NCBI GenBank assembly: GCA_046347035.1
Contig: JAXMGY010000004.1
Coordinates: forward strand, 16,262-80,261
From: Gammaproteobacteria bacterium
GTDB taxonomy: Bacteria > Pseudomonadota > Gammaproteobacteria > JAJPIJ01
DNA length: 64,000 bases
Reading direction: 5' to 3'
Shown piece after piece: positions 41,507 through 53,167 of the stretch. Each line of letters opens with the position of its first letter. The stretch's first letter is position 1. The translations under genes and the position numbers were made by a program. The notes under the pieces were generated by a model, which saw only the letters and a program-made list of their open reading frames with translations, did not search any database and was not told the DNA's origin.

Positions 41507-41713
41507 TGCGCGAAGTTGAAATGCACGGTCGTTGAAGTTTTCCCCCGCTGTCGTAAATCAACTAGAGCACTGCTCTCGTGGGCTAGGCTCATCATTTTAC
41601 AATCGCCAATTTCGGGAAATTGGAGATGGTGCCAGAGTGAATTATTTCGGTGCATCGGTACCCGCGCACCGATTTAATTCACGCCGGCACCAATTTGAAT
41701 TCGAAGTCAGCAC

Positions 41714-41743
41714 AAAAAAACACACCGCCCGAAGGCGGTGTGT
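41714..41743 (-). terminator. rho-independent terminator for the beta-helix protein gene
   Basis: The minus strand reads ACACACCGCC-TTCG-GGCGGTGTGT followed by TTTTTTT, a 10-bp GC-rich stem with a U7 tract, about 35 nt after the stop at 41778. Confidence 0.65.
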
Positions 41744-41777
41744 ATTATTAAAATTTGAACTTGAACTGCAGAACCAA

Positions 41778-43811
41778 TTACCACCAACCATTCACAGCTC
41801 CGCTGGTTGATATTTCAGCGCTGGGCGCACCCACTGTGCCAGTCAGGTTCTTCGCGGCTACCTTGTAGGTGTGCGTTCCGCTCACGCCCCGGTCGACCCA
41901 GAAATAGCCACCGCGGGTTGACATGTCCACCGGCACGCCATCCTTATAGACCACGTACTCGAATACATCGGCGTTGGAACTCTTGTTCCATTGCACGAGG
42001 TAGTTATCGAGGAACTTAGTCAAGGTGACACCTGTAACCGTAGCCGGAGTGCTAGCCGATGGGCTTAGCGCAATGTTGTTGCTCAATGTAACACCGCCAG
42101 TGGTGCCACCTGTCAGTGAATTGGCAATGTACTTGTTGTTGCTAACGCTTACTTGCGGTGATGCGGTGAAAAAGAACGCCACCGGCTTGCTGCTGCTACC
42201 TGCAATGGTTCGCCCGATGATGGTGTTGCTGTCGGCAACAAGATTGACCATGTATTGGTCCACCGAGTCGCTACCGATAAACACGCCCATCAGATCGCCT
42301 GACAGACTGTTAGCCACCATGATCGTATTTCCGGTAAACGAATTGTTACCGCTACCGTAGCGATCGCGAATGCCATAGACATTGTTCTCTACGTACGCAC
42401 CCGAGGTGGCGAGCGTGTTGTATTGAACGTCGATGACATTGTTGAACACTTTATTACCCGCCGCGCCGGTAGACGTACCGTCTTCCCAACCGTCGACATT
42501 AATGCCGCGCCCGTCGTCACTGACAATTTGGTTATCGTGGATATCGACATTGTGTGCCTTGGCCAACAAGATGCCATAAGGCGCCTTGCTTCCAGGGCTG
42601 CGCTGCTGCTGAATGAGATTGCCCGATACATCCGATCTGGCCGTATCCGAAACCGTCCCATCCGTGAGGGCTAACTGCATACCACGATGGCCGCCCACCA
42701 AGATATTGTTGGTGATCACCATTCCTCCCTTACTGCGCGCATTGATGCCGATGGGATCGGCACCCGCTCCGTCGATTGCGTCAGTTCCACCTTTCAATTC
42801 AATAAAGCAGTGGTCAATGGTAGTACCGTTGAGCGCATAGCCCTGACCGTTTTCTACACCGTCAGACTGCCAACCGGTTGTACGGATAACCAGATTCTTC
42901 AGCGTGAACTTGCCCGGGGTCGAAGTCGCTCCCGTTAAGTAAACGGCTGGAGATCCGGAACTGTTGCCAGCACCTTGCAGAATAGTGCCATTGCGGATCG
43001 TTATGTTGTCGGCGAACACCGCTGTTTCGATGCCGCGAACTGAACCCGAACCACTGTTGTTATAAACGATGGTGTAACCGTTGAGATCCAGCGTGATATT
43101 GCTTGCAGTAATCTTGACCGCCTGTCCGCTGGTCGTGAGATTGCCACCCAACACATAGACCTTGCCAGCCTGACTCAGTGTGGCCGACGTACTGCCGCCG
43201 GGAATAACAATGTCACCAGTGGCTGTTCCTGGTGCAGTCCCGCCACCAGTGGAACCACCTCCGGTCGATCCACCACCCGTTGAGCCACCGCCAGTAGAAC
43301 CGCCTCCTGTAGAGCCTCCGCCAGTGGAGCCGCCTCCAGTGGCGCCGCCTCCAGTGGCGCCGCCGCCGGTCGATCCACCACCCATTGAGCCACCGCCAGT
43401 AGAACCGCTTCCCGTAGTTCCTCCACCGGTTGAGCCACCAGTACCCGTCGAAGCAACAAATTCGGCCTTCACCAGCTTGGTATTGCTCATGGTCACCTTA
43501 CAGGTCGCCGCAGATCCCGTGCAGGCACCAGACCATTTCGAAAATGCATACCCGGCTACTGGCGTAGCGGTCAGCGTGACGCCAGTGCCACCTGAGAAGC
43601 TCTTGCTGCACTCTCCGGCTACCCAACTAATGCCGCTGTAGGTACCACACCAAATCTTGGCGGGGTTCGATTCGACATGCCCGCCGGTTGCACTGGACAC
43701 ATTGAGCCAATAGGTTGCCGCTGAAGCCGGCATAGAACTCAACATACCAACTGCCAGTACAACAGGGGCACAAACTATCTTCGGTATCTTCAAGTCGCTA
43801 ATTTTCATCAA
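41778..43811 (-). CDS. secreted multidomain protein: signal peptide, InlB-B-repeat-like domain, (GGSTG)n linker, right-handed parallel beta-helix, C-terminal FN3-like domain
   Basis: 677 aa. Signal peptide (AVGMLSSMPASA), an N-terminal domain with the InlB-B-repeat-like pattern (VTLTATPVAGYAFSKWSGACTG), about 80 aa of Gly/Ser/Thr repeats, PbH1-type beta-helix repeats (NITIRNGTI, NNIL, IHDNQI...) and a C-terminal FN3-like fold. Confidence 0.7.
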   Translation of the reverse strand: MMKISDLKIPKIVCAPVVLAVGMLSSMPASAATYWLNVSSATGGHVESNPAKIWCGTYSGISWVAGECSKSFSGGTGVTLTATPVAGYAFSKWSGACTGSAATCKVTMSNTKLVKAEFVASTGTGGSTGGGTTGSGSTGGGSMGGGSTGGGATGGGATGGGSTGGGSTGGGSTGGGSTGGGSTGGGSTGGGTAPGTATGDIVIPGGSTSATLSQAGKVYVLGGNLTTSGQAVKITASNITLDLNGYTIVYNNSGSGSVRGIETAVFADNITIRNGTILQGAGNSSGSPAVYLTGATSTPGKFTLKNLVIRTTGWQSDGVENGQGYALNGTTIDHCFIELKGGTDAIDGAGADPIGINARSKGGMVITNNILVGGHRGMQLALTDGTVSDTARSDVSGNLIQQQRSPGSKAPYGILLAKAHNVDIHDNQIVSDDGRGINVDGWEDGTSTGAAGNKVFNNVIDVQYNTLATSGAYVENNVYGIRDRYGSGNNSFTGNTIMVANSLSGDLMGVFIGSDSVDQYMVNLVADSNTIIGRTIAGSSSKPVAFFFTASPQVSVSNNKYIANSLTGGTTGGVTLSNNIALSPSASTPATVTGVTLTKFLDNYLVQWNKSSNADVFEYVVYKDGVPVDMSTRGGYFWVDRGVSGTHTYKVAAKNLTGTVGAPSAEISTSGAVNGWW
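43200..43460. repeat. tandem low-complexity DNA repeat encoding (T/S)GGG(S/A) linker on the minus strand
   Basis: Repeated ggtgg/gccacc 15-nt units. On the plus strand they mistranslate as the PPVEPPPV ORF (43180..43641). Confidence 0.6.
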
Positions 43812-44084
43812 CCGTGTTCCTCTTCATCTCGTTGGCGAATTCTATTTTTTTGAATGTCTTACTCACTTGGTGCCCCATGGAATCATGGAATTACAGAAAG
43901 GGTTCGTGACTCAAATCACACCCAACCGCGTCAAAATTGCGTCACGACTGAAGTGTGCGCACACGCTTGTTTTGTCACTAATTTCGACCGAAACCGTCGC
44001 CTCAGACGGTAGTCCGTCAGCACCTTAGGACAAGTTTGCAAGCACCAAGCCAATCGAACATCGGTTCAACGAGATTCGAAGACA

Positions 44085-44753
44085 GTGGTGTGCGAATTGC
44101 TTGATGAAGAGATATGGCCTTATTTGTGGCCGGTTTCGTCGCCAGTGAGCGACGCCATAGCACGATATGCGCGGGAGGTTTTTGCCGTGAGCACGCTAGC
44201 AATTGATCCAGTTCTGGCTGCGCACACGCGCGCCGCGATTCGTCACGCGATTGAAGAGTCGGACGGCCCAATCCCTCCCATCTTCGTCGTCCAATTTTTG
44301 CTCAACGATTGGCAGCGCTACCTGTGCGCAATGCGCGACACGCACGGTGAGGACAGTGTCGAGATGAGTGATGCTCTGGAAGCTACGACTGATCTGCTGT
44401 GGAGTGTGATGCCCATGCTTTCAGAAGCGGAGAAGACGGCACTGCGCACCACGCTTCCCGGGCTGGTGAAAAGCGTAAAGCGAGGCATGGCGGCCATCGA
44501 TCTGCCGGAAGAAGAACAGTCAGCATTCTTGCAACAACTGCGTGAGTGGCATGCACAGCTGTTGTCCGGCAAGGGTGGCTATGAGGCCATCACTGCCACC
44601 TTCGATCCGACGCGCGCGCAAAGCTCAGATGACACCATTCAACTACGCGCACACGATTTGAAATGCCGCGAACTGATGGACATGCTCGACAACGCCGCGG
44701 TTGAGCACATCGACATGGACAGCGCGCACCCGAATCGCTGGTCCGCGCGTTGA
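44085..44753 (+). CDS. hypothetical protein
   Basis: 222-aa acidic helical ORF, divergent from the beta-helix gene, with no recognised motif. It could be a fragment of a larger family. Confidence 0.35.
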   Translation: MVCELLDEEIWPYLWPVSSPVSDAIARYAREVFAVSTLAIDPVLAAHTRAAIRHAIEESDGPIPPIFVVQFLLNDWQRYLCAMRDTHGEDSVEMSDALEATTDLLWSVMPMLSEAEKTALRTTLPGLVKSVKRGMAAIDLPEEEQSAFLQQLREWHAQLLSGKGGYEAITATFDPTRAQSSDDTIQLRAHDLKCRELMDMLDNAAVEHIDMDSAHPNRWSAR

Positions 44754-44942
44754 AGCAGGCCGGTGCAGTGTATCGTTCCACGTAAGGATGATTGCCGCTC
44801 GAAATTAATTTCTTTGTGATCTCCTTCACCCTAACCGTCCGGGGGCGAGGGTTAGCGGAGGGGAGAACATTCTTCGTGCGGATTGTGACGCCGGAACTCA
44901 GGCGGTCAGGGATGAAAATATCGATTCGAGTTCGAACACTAC

Positions 44943-45716
44943 TCAGGTCGCCGCCTCTTTAGTCGCCTCGAGGCCACTGCCTACTTCCAGCGCCTCGAAC
45001 CAATCCAGAAAGCGTTTGACATCATCGCCACGGAAAATGCGCCCATGTTGAGGCGCCATCATGTCGATGTCGAGTTTGCGTACCCGTCGTATCCAATCGA
45101 GTTTGGCTTCATTCGATGGCATCCATCGCTGATGAAACAGCTTCATATGTCGCGTATGCGCAGTAAAATCCTCGACAAACATTGGCGCATCGGCCGGTTC
45201 GAGCGCCGCACCGATGTCGCCACTCATAAGAATGCGCGCGCGCGGATCGTAAACATGAAAGTTTCCGGAAGAATGCAGGTAGTGAGCTGGGATAAATTGC
45301 AGCTCGAAATCGCCAGCGGAGATGCGGCCACCTTCGTCAGGAATGGCTGCATAGGTAATTCTGTTACAACCGAAATGCCGCAGGAATCCCTCCCAAAGCC
45401 AAGGTGCATGCAAACGCGCGCCGGTCAATGCCTGATCCCACTGCCCCAGCGAGGATATGATGTCGGGATCCTGGTGTGAAGCAAAAAGGTCGGTAATCCT
45501 TTCCACTGGAACATAGCGCAGTGTGGCAGCGAGCATGGCTGAAAAGAGCTCGATTCCACCGGGCTCGAGCAGAGCGGCGTTCGTTGCCACATATCAAGTA
45601 TTGATTGGTGTCGATGATGCGAGCGGGTTTGGCCGGATCACGCCCAAATACGACCCACTTGTACCCCTCATCAAAAAGAATTTGATCCTTCATTTTCTTG
45701 TCAACCTTTCTCGTCG
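44943..45716 (-). pseudogene. MBL-fold metallo-hydrolase/diiron-protein-like, one frameshift near 45590
   Basis: The N-terminal part (MKDQILFDEGYKWVVFGRDPAKPARIIDTNQYLI, ORF 45364..45762 frame) and the C-terminal part (ORF 44943..45590; HYLHSSGNFHVYDP...LMSGDIG) lie in different frames. Confidence 0.45.
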
Positions 45717-46385
45717 GCAATGAAGCGCGAAGCCAAGCCTGTCTCAAAATATTTGTTGACATTGCTTCGCAATGTCATTGATCCCTGGCGCAGCACTTTC
45801 AACTGAATCCGTCACGGTTACCAGACTGCTGTTCCGATATTCATCGACGCGTCTGCTTCCACGCGTGCGCGCATGGCCATGGCGTGTGCTGCGCGCATTT
45901 TTGTGCGGATTTCTCAAGCAGTGCATCAAGACTGCGTGCGCTCCGGCGCAACTGGAGCAAGTGAACCTCTCGCACTTCCCCAACTGCTGCACTTTCACTG
46001 GCGCTATTGACTCAGAATGTCGAGCGTGTGATGCCAGTTCGGCTGCCTTTCTGAACTGCGCGCAAGCATCGTACCGCGTTGCTTCTTGTGACCAGCCACG
46101 CAGCCGCCTGAGAGATAGTCAGGCCGCCGTTACCTGTTCAATGCCGACCGGTGTCGCGCCCATTTCCTCACCGAACGCAGTGGATAAGGTTTAAAGCCAA
46201 ATGCCTGTTCGCTGGCACGTGCGGAAACGCCATGGCATTCTTGCGGCCAAGGTAATTTCACGGGCAATAGCGACCACTGGCCGCAGCGTCGAAGCGATGG
46301 TCGCTGCGATAACGAAAAGCGGAAGCGAATTTTCTTTCGTTGTACCGGCCTGCATCTCTTAAGCCCAGTCCCTTTTCTCAAGTGA

Positions 46386-46730
46386 ATGGCCATAACTCCC
46401 CTTTTTAGGATTGCAGCAATAGCGGCTAACTGCCTTGATAGTGATCAATACGGATGGTCCGTTTTGGATGGTGCACCGCAAAAGTATGATTATTTCCATC
46501 TAAATGCGAGTGCTAACGGTTCGGTTCTAATGCACGCGGGAAGTACATCAAGCCCGGTCGACGTAGCTTGGCGCGATAAAGTTGCGCTGGGCGACGACTG
46601 GTTTCGCGTAGCGTTCATCAGTTGCTTCGAGCAGATCAAGCTGGCAAGAATGCGCGCGTACGAAAGGCCTTCTTCTCCAGACTGCGATCAAGAACAATTT
46701 CGAACACACGCTGCAACTCGGTCAAGGTAA
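46386..46730 (+). CDS. hypothetical protein (weak)
   Basis: 114-aa ORF with no recognisable motif. It overlaps the 3' end of the NUDIX remnant on the opposite strand. Confidence 0.2.
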   Translation: MAITPLFRIAAIAANCLDSDQYGWSVLDGAPQKYDYFHLNASANGSVLMHAGSTSSPVDVAWRDKVALGDDWFRVAFISCFEQIKLARMRAYERPSSPDCDQEQFRTHAATRSR

Positions 46731-47267
46731 ATACTGCGGTAGTAAGTGCAATGGCAGCGATGTGTACTCCGACTTGCCACGCACACGCGCCAGCGCTGCG
46801 TTGAACAGCGCATCGTGATCGAAGGCGAGACTAACGCGGTGGCGCTCACCGCGCACCGGTATCCACTGCGCATCAGCAGCGTTGCCTGCAGCTTCGAGCT
46901 TAATGCTGTCGCTTGCGAGCATGGCCAGATAGAGGTGCGCGTCGCTGACCAGCCGCGTGCGGATCGCGGACCGCATTTCCCCAACTACCCACCTGCTCCA
47001 GATAGGGAGTGCGCACGCCGGTTTTCTTCTCTTGCAGTGTGCGTGCGCAGGCTTCCAGCGTTGAATCGATCTTTACATCGACGAAACCACCCGGTAAGGC
47101 CCACATACCGGGAAACGGCTCGCCGACTTCCTTCGGCGCTTGACCAGCAGTACCTGCAGCAGACCCTCGCGCACGGTAAATACGACCACATCCACCGTGG
47201 TCAGCGGACGCGGAAAATCCAGTTTGCGTGCGTTTCGGATGGCCATATTCGGAACCCGCCTGCCCAA
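46690..47267 (-). pseudogene. NUDIX hydrolase, frameshifted
   Basis: Three minus-strand ORFs (47073..47267, 46900..47106, 46722..46976) together give a Nudix fold (TTVDVVVF...LLVKRRRK...MWALPGGFVDVKIDSTLEACARTLQEKTGV) plus a C-terminal tail. Confidence 0.5.
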
Positions 47268-47298
47268 TTCACTTTAAAGAACTGCCAACCAGTATACC

Positions 47299-47327
47299 TT
47301 GACAGGTGGGTCTATGCCACCTATTAT
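47299..47327 (+). promoter_or_regulatory. near-consensus sigma70 promoter (TTGACA-17-TATTAT) embedded in a 43-bp palindrome
   Basis: TTGACA at 47299..47304, a 17-nt spacer, and TATTAT at 47322..47327. A perfect 10-bp inverted repeat GTGGGTCTAT/ATAGACCCAC (47306..47315, 47335..47344), extended imperfectly over 47304..47346, brackets the -10. It lies about 60 nt upstream of the SPFH start. Confidence 0.5.
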
Positions 47328-47387
47328 AAGTGGTATAGACCCACTTTTCATTCGTGAGTCGATACAACACCCCGCAAAGGAGTACTT

Positions 47388-48585
<1,198 letters not shown>

Positions 48586-48600
48586 GCAAAGGAGCGGAAG

Positions 48601-49512
48601 GTGTCGGCTTACAGCCAGCGCAAGGTCGTATTGGTCACGCGCAAGACGCGTCTGGAAGAGCTGATTGCGCGCTATCACTCGCGCGAACAGGCGCGATTCT
48701 ACCTGGAGCACTTGGGTGCTGACTTTTTGGACTACGAGCGCGAGCATAACACCTACAGTGAAGCGCGGCAGGCGGCAAGAACTGTGCTGTCGCGCTTCAC
48801 CCGCCATCAGGCGATTGATCGGCAGTTTCTACCGAACTTTATTTTCGGTCCAGATGACATTGTCGTCGCACTGGGTCAGGACGGATTGGTGGCGAACACC
48901 ATGAAGTATCTGGATGGTCAGCCGCTCATCGGCGTGAATCCCGATCCGAAGCGCTACGACGGTATCCTGTTGCCATTCAAGAGTTCTGATCTCACGGCAG
49001 TGCTAAGCGATGTGGCGCAACATCGCCGCAGCGCCAGGACTGTCACCATGGCCAAGGCTACGCTTTCGGATCAGCAGGTGTTGTACGCAGTCAACGACTT
49101 TTTCGTCGGCGCGCGCACGCATGTGTCGGCACGCTATGAAATCGCGCTTGCCGACGTCACTGAACGACATTCATCAAGCGGCGTGATTATCTCAACTGGT
49201 TTGGGTTCCACAGCGTGGATGAAGAGTATTGTGCTGGGCGCGCAGGCCATTACCCAATCAATGCAACTGCGAAGCGATGCAAAGGAACCGGCGCATGCGA
49301 CACCTCAGTATCGTCCACTGCCATGGGATACGCCGCAATTGGTGTTTGCGGTGCGCGAACCTTTTCCCAGTGTGGCAACCCAAACTAATCTCTGCTCTCG
49401 CACCATCGACACCGAAAAGACATTGCGCATACGCTCATTGATGCCGGAGAACGGCGTTATCTTCAGCGACGGACTGAAGCGGATTATTCGCAGTTTAATC
49501 CTGGGGCACTGA
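48601..49512 (+). CDS. ATP-NAD kinase-family (NadK/DAGK-fold) protein
   Basis: 303 aa. VALGQDGLVANT resembles the GGDGT motif, NDFFVG resembles the NE(V/I) motif, and ISTGLGSTAWMKS resembles the (S/T)GSTAYS motif. It lies 15 nt downstream of the SPFH gene. Confidence 0.5.
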   Translation: MSAYSQRKVVLVTRKTRLEELIARYHSREQARFYLEHLGADFLDYEREHNTYSEARQAARTVLSRFTRHQAIDRQFLPNFIFGPDDIVVALGQDGLVANTMKYLDGQPLIGVNPDPKRYDGILLPFKSSDLTAVLSDVAQHRRSARTVTMAKATLSDQQVLYAVNDFFVGARTHVSARYEIALADVTERHSSSGVIISTGLGSTAWMKSIVLGAQAITQSMQLRSDAKEPAHATPQYRPLPWDTPQLVFAVREPFPSVATQTNLCSRTIDTEKTLRIRSLMPENGVIFSDGLKRIIRSLILGH

Positions 49513-49614
49513 AGCACGCATCAATCGCCGAGCGATGCGGGCTGCTTATTCAGTGAAGACAGAACGCCTCAGCCAAGGTTGATCTATACTTGGCGCTCGG
49601 CGAATCACGTTTCA

Positions 49615-50385
49615 ATCATGAAAAATTGGTTCATTGCAGTATCTACATCAGCGCCGATGATCGGTAATGCATACGCCGATCGCGAACTGATTTTCAACTC
49701 TTTCGAAGCCGCAAAGTCCGGCCGCACCACCGAGGTCGAATCCTATCAAGCCGTGCAACGAGGCGCGAACGCACGCCCGCAACCGTCTTGGCAATACCGC
49801 CCTTATGATTGCCGCCATGAATACGCAACGTAACCGACACCGCTGTGCTGCTGGTTGAAAAAGGCAGCTTAATGTCAACCTCGCCAATCTGCGAGGGATG
49901 TATCCGCTAATAGCCGCGGCATACAACAATGAGGCGAAATTGGTTCGCGTACTGCTTGATCGCGGCGCGACACCAACTCAGGTTGATAACCTGGCAAGAG
50001 CGCCATGTGCTGGCGCGCCGCCGCAGAAGGCAACATTGAAATTGTTCAGATGCCGTTTCTCCTGGATGCCAATGTCCAACCAGATGAACGTTATTCAAAC
50101 CAGCTGACGGCGTTGATGTGGGCCGCGGGGTATGGCAAGCAGGATGTCGTCGCGCGACTAATCAAGAAGGGAGCAAGCATCGACATGCAGGATGATCGCG
50201 GGCAAACCGCGCTAATGATGGCAGCAGCAGGCGGATTTTCCGACACGGTGAAAACATTGTTGTCAGCCGGTGCTGATAGCCGAATCGCTGACAAAAGTGG
50301 CCAGACGGCATTGGCGGTTGCTGAAGCTGCTGGGAAAACGGAAGTAGTTTCGATTCTAAAGTCGGCGCAATCCAATCCTTAAGAA
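49615..50385 (+). pseudogene. periplasmic ankyrin-repeat protein with at least three frameshifts
   Basis: Signal peptide (MKNWFIAVSTSAPMIGNAYA, ORF 49579..) followed by ankyrin repeats spread over three frames (NTALMIAAMN..., LLVEKGSLNVNLANLRGMYPLIAAAYNNEAKLVRVLLDRGA, TALMWAAGYGKQDVVARLIKKGASIDMQDDRGQTALMMAAAGG...). Confidence 0.6.
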
Positions 50386-50673
50386 ATGTTCTTAGCCAAA
50401 TCTGTCTCCCACCTCTTGCGTTGCAGCAATCCAGGTTTATTCGATTTACTTTCGACTAACACTTATTAGGTATTTCGATTGGCAATCTGCTGCAATGTTG
50501 GCGAATCGCGTCCAATTGCACTTTGAAATTTCATGACTCGCAATACTGGCGGAATCCAGGCAACCCGTAGCCTTCGATTGTGCTACATTTAAATTGTCAT
50601 TTCTAAAGCGATACGATACAGGGAGGTTGCGCAGCACCCATCAATTACCATCGAAGTTAATAAGGGGACCACC

Positions 50674-52470
50674 ATGAGCAGAAAAAACCCAAGAAAGGTT
50701 TGCGCAGGGAGGTATGCGTTGTGCGGTCTTTCGTTGATTGCCAGCGCAGGGGTGGCAGCTGATGTAACGCAGGACATGTTGGATAAGGCCGCAACGGACA
50801 GCAACAACTGGCTGCACACGCAAGGCAACTACTCGCAGACTCGTTTTTATCCCGCCGATCAAGTCAACAAAGACAATGTCGCAAACTTGCGGCCGGCATT
50901 TATCTTCCAAACCGAAGTGCTCGAATCAATGGAAACGTCGCCTATTGTAGTCGACGGCACCATGTACTTGACCACTTCCTACAATCACGTTTATGCGATT
51001 GACGCCGCGACGGGGGCGGAGAAGTGGCATTACAAGCATAAGATGGGGCCGGTGACGACGTACTGCTGCGGACCGAACAATCGCGGTGTCGCGATTAGCG
51101 GCGGCATGGTTTACATGGGCACACTGGATGCGAAGTTAGTTGCGCTCGACGCTGCGACCGGCGAGTTGAAGTGGGAGCAACAAATTGCCGACCCAGAACT
51201 TGGCTATAGCGAAACCATGGCACCCACTGTCGTAAAAGACAAGGTGTTAATTGGAACCAACGGTGGTGAGTACGGCATTCGCGGTTTCGTCAAAGCGTAC
51301 GACAAAAACTCCGGCAAGTTGCTGTGGACGTTCGACACCATCCCCGAAAATTCCGTCGGCGTATGGGCTACTCATGATGCGACTGGCCGCGATATGTTGC
51401 GAAACATAGAAGCCGAGAAAGCGGCGCTGGCGAAGAATGGCGATCCGTACAAGACATTGGGCGGCGGCGTGTGGGTCAATCCGTCTATCGACCTGGAAAC
51501 CAATCGCGCCTACTTTGTGGTTGGCAATCCCTCACCGGACCTCGACGGCGCATTGCGTCCCGGTGACAACCTTTACACCGATTCGATGGTATCCATCGAT
51601 CTCGATAGCGGCAAGTATGCCTGCCACTTCCAGTACATCGCCCACGACGTGTGGGATCTTGACGCGGTCAGCCCAACGATCTTGACAGAGGTCGCCGACA
51701 AGGACGGCAAGATGGTCAAAGGCGTACTGCACGGTGGCAAGACCGGCCATGTATATGTGCATCGCGCTGATGACTGCAGCCTGATTCGTTTCTCGGAAGC
51801 CATGGTGCCGCAGGAAAATATGTGGGTACTGCCGACGAAGGACGGTGCACGCATGCTGCCTGGCGCCAATGGAGGTGTCGAGTGGTCGCCGATGGCTATC
51901 AATCCGAAGCTTGGATTGGCCTATGCGGTTAATCTCCACCAGCCAATGACCTATCACGTCGAGAGTACACCGTATCCAGAGTGGCAAGCTCTGGCTCGGT
52001 GGCGCGTTCAAAGAAGTGATCCCCGGTGAAGAGCAGTCCGGCAACGTAACCGCCGTCGATTGCAACACCGGCAAGATCAAGTGGCAGCAAAAAACACCGC
52101 AACCAATGATTGGTGGCGCGCTTGCCACGGCCGGCGGTTTGGTGTTCGCTGGTGAAGGCAATGGCTTGCTCAAGGCCTACGATGCCGACAGCGGCAATGT
52201 GCTTTGGCAGTATCAATGCGGCGCTGGCGTCAACGCCCCGCCCGTGTCGTACAGCGTAGGTGGCAAGCAGTACATTGCGCGGCAGCAGGTGGCAATGTGC
52301 AGCTCAACTTCAAACGCGGCAACAGCATTGTTGTCTTCCGGCGTTGCCATAAGGAAGTCGTTGGTAATGATGTAAACGTAAACCCGCTGACGGCCGCCGC
52401 GAGGCGCGCCGTCGGTTTGTTTGAACTAGAACCCATCTCCGTATTCCAAACTCGCGTGGAGTATTGAGAT
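50674..52470 (+). pseudogene. PQQ-dependent alcohol dehydrogenase (quinoprotein; signal peptide), with two or more frameshifts near 51990 and 52290
   Basis: The 451-aa ORF has a signal peptide, beta-propeller W-motifs and the vicinal disulfide YCCGPNNRG. The C-terminal propeller blades continue in ORF 52016..52375 and then a third frame ([17 protein letters not shown]). Confidence 0.75.
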
Positions 52471-52518
52471 GGGTTTTAATACCGCCGTGGTGGTCTATCG
52501 CTTGTCTCGGTCAATGCA

Positions 52519-53160
52519 ATCCGTAATCAACAATCAGGGGAAAAGCATGTTGCGTTTTCAGCTGTTGTTCAGTTGCTGACTCTTTCTGCGGTGCTGGCGC
52601 ACGCCGTTGGTCGTGGCTGGTGCTGAAATCGAAAATCCGGCGATGCGGCGCAAGCGGCCGCTGCGGAGCCGCCGGCAGCGGCGGCATGTTTTGCCTGCCA
52701 CGGGCCAGCGGGCATATCACAAAATTCGGCATGCCGTTCTTGCCGGTCAATCTGACCGCTACATCTATGTGCAGTTGAAGGACTCAAGGAAGGCCGTCGC
52801 TCTGATCCTGAAATGACCCCCATGGCCGCAAACCTGTCTAAGGAAGAAATGCTAGCCTTGGCGGCCTATTTTTAGTGAACAGAAGTTCCCCTCAATGGCT
52901 TCAAAGCTGACACCGCCAAGGCCGCTGCGGGCAAACAACGCGCCGACGACACGTTGTGCACGATGTGTCATCAGGGAAGCTACCAAGGCCAGAATGAAAT
53001 CCCCCGGCTTGCGGGGCAACACTACGAATACATCAAGAAGCAATTGACAGCTTTCAAGGCAAAAACCCGGACCAATGACGCTGGCAACATGACCGCAGTC
53101 GCCAACACGCTCACCGAGGAAGACATCGAAAATATCGCACAGTATCTAGCGGGGATGTAA
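52519..53160 (+). pseudogene. dihaem cytochrome c (c4/c550-like electron acceptor), frameshifted
   Basis: Two CxxCH motifs, CFACHG near 52690 and CTMCHQ in ORF 52954..53160 (GQHYEYIKKQLTAFKAK...), plus matching dihaem-type segments in other frames. Confidence 0.55.
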
Positions 53161-53167
53161 ATGCGGA

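Noticed and set aside
43200-43460. Regularly spaced short DNA repeats that could superficially resemble a CRISPR array
   Set aside because: The units are contiguous 15-nt coding repeats with no spacers, lie inside an ORF and encode a Gly-rich linker. There are no cas genes.
43180-43641. Plus-strand 153-aa ORF full of PPVEPPPV repeats
   Set aside because: It is the antisense mistranslation of the Gly/Ser/Thr linker-encoding tandem repeat of the minus-strand beta-helix protein gene, not an independent gene.
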